The position numbers and the translations under genes were made by a program. The notes below the pieces were generated by a model. It was not told the origin of the DNA, did no database searches, and saw nothing but the letters and a program-made list of their open reading frames with translations. Positions 45,906 to 58,100 of a DNA stretch of 64,000 bases are shown here, piece after piece; positions within the stretch are counted from its first letter, which is position 1; each line of letters opens with the position of its first letter. This DNA is from Monocercomonoides exilis PA203. Lineage: Eukaryota > Protista > Preaxostyla. Where the stretch lies: the NCBI GenBank assembly GCA_001643675.2, contig LSRY02000023.1, positions 806,001 through 870,000 on the forward strand. The letters are read 5' to 3'.

Positions 45906-48341
45906 GTTATGCAAACACAACATTTTCATTTATTTCAGAATGGTCAACCAGCAACAAAAGCTCGCAGTTCTCGAGCGATGAAAATAGATGGAACAGGGTT
46001 TTTTAAAAAGTTGAGTTAAAATATGAAGATAAAGATGAGTAAAAAAGCAAATGAGTAATTGGTAGCTATTAAAGATATGATTCATGATTTGATTCAAGAC
46101 TTGATATACCATTTCTTTTTTGGATTTTTTATAAAAGGACATTAAATGCAAGAAATTGCAGTTGTCAATTATTTGTTTATTATAAAACTATAAATTTCTC
46201 TATGTCAACAACTTTTTTAATTTCTTTCAATTCAATGAGGACAGTATCGATGAAATTTTCTTATTTAATAATTTCTTTTCAAAATACTCAAATTAAAGCA
46301 AGAAAAAATCTATTTGTCTTTCTGCATAAGAACATATTAAAAAAGAAGTCTCCATTCGCAAAATCAAAACGTAGACTTGAACAGTTGAAATGAAAACAAA
46401 GAAATATGAACAAATAGTTCAGTTGCTTCAAAAAACAAGAAAAATATATTTAAAAACATAAATATGATATAACAGTGAAAGGAATATTTGAAATCTATTT
46501 TATTTAAACGCAATATTTGGGGATAGGGTGGCAAAACTCAATAGAATAACATTCAGCAATATATTATGGTAACGGATTTGATCAACATTTTCTGATCATT
46601 TGTGATCTGATTTTCAGATCAATTATTATTTTGTGACTTTTCAAAAAAAAATACCCATATCGAAATCTCGGAGAAATAGAATTTTGAGTTTCTTCGAGAT
46701 TTCAAAAATTATTTATTCTGAGCACAAATGAAGATGTTTTGAAAGTCTCTTTCATCAAATGAGTTTGTATTGATGAGGTATATTCGAGATTATTTTTGAA
46801 ATCCTAACTTTTTTCGGGTCGCTGATAATCTTGAAAATTTCAAGAAATAGAAAATAAAATTTTCATTGATATGTTTTATGCATCTCAATTGTCTCGAAAG
46901 AAAATATTTGTTGTGAAAGAAATATGAGATGTTTTTGATTGGAGTTTTCACTTTTCTGTGATCATCAACTGGCATTCAAAGTGAATATTTTAGCCGAAAT
47001 TTTTCATTTGATAAATTATGATATCAAAAATAATCACCCATATTTTGAGGAAAATTATCTGAATTATTCCTCTTGCAGTTATTGTGAAATCGATCTTGTT
47101 CTGTATTTGATGAGACATCTGTATCCTTTTCAAATGAATAAAGCGGGGATTCAAAAAAACGCATATTTATTCGTGTTATCAGCTGTTTGAAAGATGGATT
47201 CATTCGTAATACAAAAACAGCTGTTTTTCTTGAGAAAATATTTATCCGGTTTTAAAACCCAGTATTTTTTTCCAAAAACAGAAAATTCATCTGAAATGTT
47301 TATTTTGTTTCAAATTTCTGGAAAGTGAAAGCCACATATTTTGATGAAATTTCTATTCGTGCTCAAGAAATATAACTGGATTGGAAATTATTAGGGTGGT
47401 TGACCTATTTGTTCATTTTTTATCCGGACAAAAATTTTTTAATAAAAATATTTCAACAAATTTTTAATATTAATTTACAGCAATTGGCACAGTTGTATAT
47501 TGACGCACATGACTTCTGTTCATATACAAAATTTTATTGGCGGTGTTGCATATTTTTTGAAATGAATAATTTTTATTTTTGAAAATCCGACTTTTGATGA
47601 ATTTTTCTATTTTAATAAAACGATTTGGTTCATCTTTTGCACACACAACCTATTTTTTCCATGATATAAGCAATTATGGTTATTTTTTATGCAAGCAATT
47701 TGCTCGTTTGGACTGAATAGAAATTTGTCATTTTTGAAAAATCATTGTCAATGGGTCACCTTAAAAAATATTTTTCATGAAAAGAAGGAGCATCTAACTG
47801 AAATCAACACTTGAAGTTATAAATATGACAGTAATATATAATTTCCATAAAGTTATAATTAAAAATGATTCAACATGGATTTCATAAGCATAATTTGTAT
47901 TTAATTTTTACGATTATTAATGTTCAATTCTCATTTGAACAGTTACATGAAATAATAAATAACTTTTCAAAAAAACTCAACACAAAAATAACAATAAAAT
48001 AAAAGATAATTTAACATTGAAAAAAACACCAATCAATAAAAAATAAAATGAAAAGACTCCAAAGTCAAACAGGAAGCAAGATTAACAAATATTCTTCAAA
48101 AATATACATTTATTCTTTTCCATCATTTTCTTCTTTTTTTCTATTACTTTTTTTTTTTGCATTGGAAATGGAATCGTTCTTTACAACATTTCATTCATTT
48201 TCAAATGCTGCTGTTGCTTCTTCATTCATGTTTATATCCCTTGAAGCTCATTTTTTTCAATTAAAGTCATTGTCATTCACCTTCTCAATGCTGAACAAGA
48301 ACATCTTGTTTCAAATTCTTCACAACAAGTCAGATAACATA

Positions 48342-49339
48342 GGGTGGTTTTTTATCCGGACATTTTTTTTAATCCGGACATTTTTTTTTATTGGCGTATC
48401 TCACTAAATAAAAACAAAAAACAAAAAAAGCATGTTGCATCAGGTTTGAGCACGTATTAAATGTTCATACAAAAAAATTTTTTTGTCAATTTTTGTTTTT
48501 GATGAAGATCTTGAGAATTTTTAATTTATTTTTGATCATTTGTTTTGCTCGTTTTTTATCGACTCTCTTTTTCTGTCAGTTTTTAGCTACTGGACCATGA
48601 ATCATTCATAATTATGTTTAATAATTTCAAATCTTTTTTGTTTTTACTTATTTTTTCACGAGTTTTTCGCATTTCATTGTTTTTGAAGAAAATTATAAAA
48701 ATCTGAAAATAATGAGCTACACAATATTTATTCGATGTTTTTAGTGAGGTTCATGAAAAGATAACTACTTGCAGTAAATATGCACCACGTGAAATTTTTA
48801 TAAAATGTTGCTGCTTTAGCAGTGCAAATATATTTATCATTATGACAAAATTGCTCATTTTGTTCTTGATTTAATAAAATATGACAAATAATTTCGATTT
48901 GCAATGTATTTTAATACAATTTGCATTATATTTTGGAATTATTTTTAAAAGAACAAAAAACAGAAGATTAAATATGAGTTTTTTATAATTTTCTTCAAAA
49001 ACAATGAAATGCGAAAAACTCGTGAAAAAATAAGTAAAAACAAAAAAGATTTGAAATTATTAAACATAATTATGAATGATTCATGGTCCAGTAGCTAAAA
49101 ACTGACAGAAAAAGAGAGTCGATAAAAAACGAGCAAAACAAATGATCAAAAATAAATTAAAAATTCTCAAGATCTTCATCAAAAACAAAAATTGACAAAA
49201 AAATTTTTTTGTATGAACATTTAATACGTGCTCAAACCTGATGCAACATGCTTTTTTTGTTTTTTGTTTTTATTTAGTGAGATACGCCAATAAAAAAAAT
49301 ATCCGGATTAAAAAAAATGTCCGGATAAAAAAACCACCC
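48342..49339. mobile_element. Foldback/MITE-like element with ~360-bp TIRs and flanking TA
   Basis: TA|gggtggttttttatccggac ... gtccggataaaaaaaccaccc|TA. TIRs at 48342-48701 / 48980-49339. No ORF. Confidence 0.88.
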
Positions 49340-49658
49340 TACTGAAAAACCTCATTATAATTGTTTCTTCTTTATTCCCCTTCTTTCTTCTCGCTCAATT
49401 TCCACCATCATCATCGATATCAAAGAAAGGATTGGATTTTCAATCAGTATTTCTTTTTCTTCTGTTCTTTGATGGAGAGACCACATCCTTTCAAAATGCT
49501 TCAAATAAATAAATGCACTCAAAGTGAGCTGATAAAATAAGAAATGAGTGAAAGACATTGTGAGGATAAAAATTAATGAGATTTCAGACTGTGATTTGTT
49601 TGTCTTCATCATTTCTTGTGATTTTTTTTCCTTCCTCAATCAGAATGAGCTGTGAATA

Positions 49659-50669
49659 GGGTGCAAATTTTATCTTGACCTCAAAAATTTATCTCAACCC
49701 TTTTTTTTGAAACTTATTTTTGCTTTTATAATTTGTTAAAAGGCTAAAAATAAAAACAAAATAAATAAACTTCTTGATATTTTTGTTTTTCAGAATTCTA
49801 TTGAAAAAAATTTTGAAATTTTTATTTTCAAAAAACTATTTTTATTTTTTATAATTTTAGGACACAGATCAAAGACTTGCTGGCTGTGAAACCAATATTT
49901 CATTCTGAACGTTTTAAGCCACAGCATCAGCATTCCACGTTCCTATATTTCTATTTTAACTTATTTTTAACATTTTCAATTTAATTTTTGACCTTTTTTT
50001 CTCATTTCACTGTTTTTACTTAAAACACGATTTTTTATATAAACAAGTGTTTGTGTCAAATTTTATAAAAATGAAAAAATTACACAAAGTCTTAATTATC
50101 GTTCATTTGTATTAAGCATTGAAATGAAAAGGAACTTTTCAAAAATATAAACTAAAAAGCAAGTATATATGATTTTTTTGATATTTTGATTACTAAACAT
50201 ATACAAACAAATAATTATTTCAACATACAAGAATCGTTTTATTTTAATATTTTTTAATAAAACATTTCATTCAATTCAAAAACAAACGAATACATATCCC
50301 AGAAATCGTGTTTTTTAAAGAAATGAATGAAATGAGAAAAAGTGTTAAAAAAACAAGTTGAGAAAGTTAAAAACAAGTTCAACTTATTAAAAATAAACGA
50401 TGCATTATGATATGAAAGCTTAAAGCTTCTGACAAAAAATATTCGCTGGAAAAGAAGCAAGTCAATGATCAAAACATAAAATTATTATAATCCTCGATCT
50501 TTTTGTAAAAAATGAAATATTGAAAAAAAAAATACAGAATAAGGAAATAAAAACATTTCAAACATTTCTGGTTATTTTTTATTAATCGCAGGCTTGTATA
50601 AAGCTAAAAGCATGGCAAAAAAGAAAAAGGTCTAGATAAAGAAAAAAGGTCAAGATAAAATTATAGCCC
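49659..50669. mobile_element. MITE-like element with short imperfect TIRs and flanking TA
   Basis: TA|gggtgcaaattttatcttgacct ... aggtcaagataaaattatagccc|TA, with a doubled subterminal motif at both ends. Confidence 0.7.
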
Positions 50670-51265
50670 TATTTCATTTTGAGATTACCGTTTGAAGATC
50701 AACAGAAGAAGGAGAAAGAAATTCGTTTCTGGCTGAGAAGCTGCAAAAAAACAAGCCAATGAACAAGAGAAACCCTTATTTTCTTGCCATTCATGTTTAT
50801 CCCATGAAATCCAACATTTATTTGTGAGGTTTTGATTTCCCTTCTTCATTCAATGAGATGAGATAGAAAGCTGGAAAACAAGGGAAGATGTTGAAGAACA
50901 TAAAACTTCCCCAAAGAGAAGAGATAATGCTGCGACTGAAGATGAATGATCTTGTGATTATTGATTTTTTTGGTTGAAACTTCAGGAAGAATGTGTAATT
51001 TGAGGGAGAGTTTTGAAGAAGGAAAGAAGAAGAAGAAAGTGAAGAAAATGAAGAAGTTGTTGAAGTTTTCTTTTTTTGCTGCTTCATTTCATCAAAATGA
51101 AGTCGGATGAAAAATAAAAATAAAAATTAAAATAAAATAATAATCCTCAAATGATGGATTGTTTTCGATTTTGTGAAATGAGAAAAAAGAAAAAGAAAAA
51201 GAAAAAGAAATTGAAATAGAAAAAGAAAAAGAATTAATATGAGTCACAAAATTCAAGGTGTTTCC

Positions 51266-52767
51266 TCAAAAATCCACAAAATAATCTGAAATATTCAACG
51301 ATAATTCTTTGAAATAGTTTCTGTTCAGAAAATCCAACTTTTTATGAAAGCATGCGATGACATCTTCGTATCCTTCTTCTTCCAGCTTTTCAAAAACCTT
51401 CCTTTTCGTTGCCTTTCTTTTCACTTCCAAGGCTTCGTCATCATCCTTCAATTTCAACCGCCTCGAAATGTCCAAAAGGCATTTCATACAGCTCTCCAAA
51501 AAATAGTCATCCAACGTCAGCCCCTGAATCTCCTCCAAAATGAGATCAAAAGCTCCGCCTTTCATCAACATATCAACTTCATATTTTCTGTTCCTCGCTG
51601 CACATCCAAACACACAAATGCATTGTCTCCCAATTTCTCGGTATTTCTCCTTTCCAACTCGGAATATCTCAGCAATGCCCCCCCAAAACCCCACAATACT
51701 CTTCATTCCACAATTTGCATTTCCCAAAGAAATCCCCAAACGCTTCAAGCCATCTCATCAAAAGAAAGTCTTCTTCTCTTTCCTTTTTCTCCTTTTTGCC
51801 TGCCAATCCACACATTTTGCCAGCTCTTCCAGCTCTCTCCCTGTCGCTTTCGCAAAATGCCGTTCATTCGCAACAGCGCCGTACAAATTTTCATTGAAAC
51901 GCAATCTGCGCATCTCAAATTTCCAAGCTGAAACATACGCAAGATGAGTGAGGTTGTGGTGCTCATGATGGTATTCCACAATTTCTTTGATCTCGTCGAA
52001 GAACAATTCTTCTGGAATTTCCTTTGAAAAATATAAAAATAAATAAAAATAAATAAATAAATAAAAATAAAAATAAAAATGGCTGTTCTCACACAAATCT
52101 TTCGTGAATATTGCTCAAAGCCAACAAAGCCATTTCCACCTCTTTTTGCGCCTCCTCGCTCTCCTCCTTGTTCGATGCAGCCTTCAGAAGACATGGCACA
52201 CAAATCAACACCAAATACGTATTGAATCTGTCATTCAGCAAAAGATAGATTTCGCAAGCATCAACAAGAAGCCTTTCGTCTTTTTCTTCTTTCTTCTCTT
52301 CTTCTTCAGATATCATCGTTTCAAGTCTTCCATTCAAAGTGCATTCTGCAAAGTCATGGATCATTGCATGTCTCAGCACTTTGCAGCTGCTGAAGCGCAT
52401 TGGGCATTTCAAACACGCATTCTCAACGTTTATTCTCTTTCTTTTCATCACTTTGTTGATGTTGTTGAAACATGCCTTCTGAGAAGACGGAATAGAATTC
52501 CTCGTTGCTCATCTCTTCCATCACCCCATTCATTTCTTCAATTTTCGCTTTTTGCTCTTCCTCATTGCTCCGTTCAACTTCAGAAAACAACCCTGAACAA
52601 AAATAATCATAAAAATCATAAAAACAGAAATGCAATCAGCAAGAATTCGAATGCAGCAATGAATGCAAACTCATTAATTTTTGAGTGCCATCTTTCGCCT
52701 GCATTTTCTGACGAGCTTTGTATTCTGAAAACTGCACCATTTGGACGTTCACGTTGAACGAGAACAT
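51266..52767 (-). pseudogene. Inverted paralogue of 27346-28834
   Basis: Near-identical translation fragments, the same two frameshifts and one extra near 51680. Confidence 0.65.
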
Positions 52768-55180
52768 GTTTGGAGAGGAGAAAATTGTCAAAAATAAAAA
52801 TAAGAATTGCAATGAAAATACGTGCGTTCACCCCTTCCTCATTCGCTTTGACATTTTCGGAAAGGAATGAATCAACAAAAAATAATAATGGCTATTTTGT
52901 GAGTATTATTTGTATTTTTCAAATATTTCTTCACGAAATGAGAAGTCGGTGAATCGACATTAACGGCAGGACTTGAAATATTATTTTCTGTTTCGACATG
53001 GATGAACGAAAAGACATTCCCAACGATGAAATTTTGTCTGATTATTTTTGACAATTGGATGGCCGGGGGGAATACAACAATTTTGTTAATAGCGAAAAAG
53101 ACGTAGTGTATGTAATTTTTATTGTTCTGCTTGTTGTGAAGATATTTCCATCTGTATCCTTTCCAAAGCCCAAGAATCAGAATCATTGTCAAAATGACCA
53201 ATCCCATCTTTGGATAGCAACACGATGTGAATGGAGCTGATTATTGAATAGCAATTAGGAAATAAATGAAGTTGCGCAATATACATGATTTTTATGATTT
53301 TTAATCGGAACAAGAGATGAAAACAAATTCGACTTATAGATTTATAAAAAAAGAAGAAAAATAAGATGGAATTCGACTGGAATCGAACATCAGACCAAAT
53401 GGAGCATTTCTTTGGAACATAAGTCATGAGAACAGTTTCCGGTGTATTTTTGACAAATAAAATTGCAACTGTGCCGAAGAAGAGGCATTTATCGAGATGA
53501 AAAGGAAAGAAAGCAACGCCAAACAATGAAACAAGAAGTTATCTTCATCAATGGAAGTGAGACCGCAGTTTCAACTTTTAGAAAGGATTTACCTGCTTTT
53601 TGTGAATTTTTTTGAAAGCGAAGCCCAACCTTTCGTGGTGGAGCTTCAGAAGCTAGAAAGATGAAGATCTACAGCTTCTGTTTCAGCCCATGTTTCGAAA
53701 ACAACAAAACGAGAATTGCACCAAATATATTCCATCTTGCTCCGTAAAGACACTTGCAAAAAAAAATCATTCAAAAAGCTTTCTTGGCTGTCTTTATTGT
53801 TTGAACTTCACATCCAACTTTTGAAGATTTGAATTTTCGAGGTTATTCTTCCGTTTCCATATTGCCTCATTTATTGACTTTTGAAGAGGTTTCGATGCTT
53901 TATTTGATGACATCTTCTAATTCTCCTTAACTTTTATTTTATTTTATTTTATTTTTTTTTGGTTATTCGAAGCAGAGGACAGACACTGAACATTTGCCGG
54001 AATTTGCATCTTCGTATTCTTCTTCTTCTCCAACAAAAAAATTCATTTGAATAAATTTTTCAAAGCGAAGAAACTGCAAATCAGAAGCTTCTTTCGATTG
54101 TTCAATTTTCTTCAAAAGCCCAGTGACTTCACAAACTGTATATTTATCGCGCAATACACGAACAACCAACAAGAACACATCAGCCAATTTCAAAGTCTTG
54201 CATTTGCGATTTTCTTGTACCAAACTTGTATCTTTGATGCTCAATATGCCTCGATGAAATCAATTCTTTTGAAATGAACCTTCGAGTTAGAAAATCCAAT
54301 GTTCAGTCTTTCTGCCATTTCTTTTTCAAGATAATAAGTCATTGAAATTTCTGTTTTTTTCTCAACAAGAATTTCAGAACAGGCAAATTGATTCAGAGAA
54401 TATGAGAAAACTGGTCAAAGCGATGATGATGACTTGTTTCAAATGAATGGTGTGTTTTTTCATGTTGAATGGCAGAATGTCTTTTTTGTTCTTTCTCCTT
54501 TGTTCTTTGATTGATCTCAAATTGTCTGTTTTCAGAAAAAGTAAAAATGGAGAGAATATCCTCAACAATCTGGGGGTGAGCGCATCATTGCATCAGACCT
54601 TCGCTGTCTGTCTCTGCTCTCCATTTCCGCGTTCTTCCTTTCTGCTTCACATTCAGCTTTGTGTGGAAAAAAACAGGAAATGTCATCTCCCATTTGAACG
54701 GAATATTTGACAACAACGAAAGTGATCTGCTGAAATCGATTCTTTCTTCTGAGCAGCGTTGAAGAATCTTCATTCTTTTTTGAAGGGAATATTTTGTGAA
54801 TGCCACTCAACCGATGGATTCGTCAAAATCTTTTTTTGTTCTGTTCTTTTCTGTTCAGAAGTTTTGACGAAAAGACAGCCATACAGATGAAATGACCTCT
54901 ATCAGCAGAAAAGAAGCTTTATTCAGACAGAACACAAGGAATAATAAATGAGAAAAGAAACAGCATTGGAGTTGAGTACAAAGATGGATTCGATGAAAAA
55001 TCGATGGAACATTGAATAGAATTAATTTTGTGAAAAGGCAAACGTTTCAATTCAAACGACAGGTATTTCTCATTCTTTCTTTCTTCATGGTCTGAATTTG
55101 ATGTTTTAATTTTGCACTTTGATCAAATATGAAACACATATTTTTTTCTTTTTCAGTGAAACCAGAATATATTTCTGGGG

Positions 55181-58100
55181 ATGAGCTTGCACATGTTTTT
55201 ATTTGCACACTTGCTTCTTGTGGCCGTGTTCAAATGTCAAAGGTTCATTGGAGTTTCTTCATCAAGATATGAAGATTTTGGCAGAAATTGTGATAATCGC
55301 GATTTCATCATTGATCCGGATCGAATCATTGAACAAGATGAGCATTATCCCACAAACAACAATGATTATAATTTGTGTGAGCGAAGTGTATTATTTGGAG
55401 CAGAAAGACAGCAGTCAGGAATTTCAATAGTGATAAATGCATTTTTTGGATTCTACAATTCTTCAGTTGGACTGAAAAATGTGGCACTTGAACATTCTTT
55501 CTCGCCATGCGTGCTTATAACAGAATACTCAACTCTCATGATGGACTCCTGTATTTCCCACCAAAAGTCAGGTTCTCCTTTTCATCTTCAAAGCGGATCA
55601 ATTAACATGGAAAACATGAGTGTGATTCCTCAAATGAATATTTATTCTGGAAGTCTCCTATTTTCATCTGATCACAAGAATTCCGTCATTTTGAGAAATT
55701 CCATCATTGCTAACCTGGTTGTCTCGTCATCAGACTATTTCCTATTGTCTGGAAAGAGCCAAAGTGAACAGATTGATAATTGTGCCTTCAGGAACATGTC
55801 TGTGAAATATAACACGAATAGCGGTCATTTTGCGGAGCATTCATGTTTTGGAAGTTCAATGGAGAACTGCCTCATTTATTCGTGTGTGAATGCCTTTGAA
55901 GGAGGGATCTCGAGTGGATCCTATTCTTCACAAGAGTTTATCTGCAAAAACACAACAACAAACTTTGGGAAGAGAGAAATGAATGCTTTTCAGAAAAAAG
56001 AACGAATGGACACAACGGAAGGCCAATTCTTTTCATTGTGTGAATGGGTTGACTGCACAGCACCCCAAGGAGGAGCTCTTTATGTTCATGATAATTCAAC
56101 TGCAATTCTGACTGTTGAAAATTCTTCATTCGCGAGATGCAATGCTTCCTCGACAAAAGGGGGAGGAATATATGCATTGAAAATTGCAGAGTGCATTGTG
56201 ACCCATACAACGTTTGTGCAATGCTCAGCAGCAACTCCTTTATATTATGGAGGAGGGGGAATTCAATTGCAATATGTTTATGCTCAATCCATTGTTGAAG
56301 ATTGCTTATTCAACAAATGCTCTTCTGGTGATGATGGCGGGGCAATGGATCTGCGCGAAACCAAAACTCAAAGGCAAAAACATTGCATTATTAATTCAGT
56401 CTTTGAATTTTGCAGAGCAAATAGTTCTGACAGCCTGGCAGGAGCAATTAATCATTGGGAATGCAATGATCAAATTATTCTGACAAATTGCTTATTCCGC
56501 AATTGCTATTCTATGTGCGGAGGGGGTGCCGTAACAATTACAATTAATTCAAAAAATAATGGAATATTATTTTTCTATTGCTTTTTTCACAACAACACAT
56601 GTGAGAAAGGAGGACATGACATTGTTCTTCAGGGATCTACAGCAAATAATATTGATTCCACCTGTTTCTCGACCAGGGAAACAGATAATAGAGTGAGCAC
56701 AAAATATGGCTCAATTGATGATCGCAGCGAATGGCTTCGAAATGATTTTGGAATAATCAGATTTGTTTCTTCAACTGATTCAAAACAAAAAGGAGTTGAT
56801 ACATATGCATGTGGAATGGATAAAAGCTATCCATGCAACACTATCAGCCATTGCTTGACTCAACTTATTCCTAACCATGTGACTATCATCGAGATGCTCA
56901 CAGGAACAATCAAAGAGGCGCAGAGTGTGGACTGCAGTTCCAACACTTACACAATATATGGCCAAAGTGATATGAGCACAGCAATCCAAACAGAATTTGA
57001 AGAATCAAGCTTATCTCTTTTTTCAGTCTCAACAGGCACCTTGACCATCAATGACCTTATTTTTGTGCATGACTCAGCATATCAAAATAACCGTGGGTCA
57101 AGGCTGTTTGAGATTACAGGAGCAGGAGAGCTGAGAATAAGTGCGCTAAACATATCTGCTGGAAGCGCTCACTCGGTACAAACAGCATTCACCGCAGAGC
57201 TGATAAATATTCAGGGTGGTATCTTTCAGATGAATAATGTGAACTGGGCACAGACTATCTCTTCAACTTCGTTGTTTTCGCTTTCTTCAGCTAATGGAAT
57301 TTCATTGATTCTTTCTGAATGCACCTTTGATGGGATCGAGAGAACAAACAGTGGAGCGGCTGTGACGTCGTTTTCCAACGACAAGGTTAACATTGATCTG
57401 GACTCTTGTTCATTTTCAGAATGTGGAAGCAGAACATCGTCTGATGGAGGGTCAATGATGCTTTGTGTTGGGAATGAAAATGAAGTGAAAGTGAAAGGCG
57501 GTAATTTTGATGGATGCTATTGCTCAACATCCAATGGTCTTGGGGGAGGAATTCTTCTTCGATTGATGAATGAAAATCCCAATATCCTGATTTCTTCTTC
57601 CTTTGGCACAAACACAGCCAAGTGGGGAAAAGATGTTTTTGTCAATTCACCCAATCTGGAAGCAATTGCCAATCCTCAAAAGATCTCGTGTGTGACAGCC
57701 ACTTTGGATTCTTTTGACAAAGTGAGAGGATATGACAATGGAAACAACAGTGTTGCCATCCCTCTCTGCATCTATCTCCTTCCCACCCCAGAAGAAATTC
57801 ATGTGAGCAACACCGAGGCATCTGACCATTCTCACTGTGGAATTGTCCAATTCCCTTGCCTGACAATGAAGCACTCACTCACTCGTCAAACAGAAACAAG
57901 GAAAGTTGTTGTGAATGGAATGATTGAGATGAGCGATGAATTGGCCTTCTCTGATCAAAAGCATGAAATCAGAGGAAACGATGATCAAAGTGGTTTGACA
58001 GTCTCTGATGCAAGCGAGACATCAAATTCAGCGATGATAACAACAAGTGTCGAAACAGAATTATCAATGCTTATCTTCTCTCTTCCTCCTTCTCTTTCAT

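Larger units (their letters stand above)
39040..46655. repeat. Inverted duplication: near-identical arms ~39200-41005 / 44690-46495 around a 3.7-kb non-repeated spacer
   Basis: Mirrored ORFs with coordinate sum 85695, one visible substitution (NPKPP vs NLKPP), and diverged homology extending outward. Confidence 0.92.
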
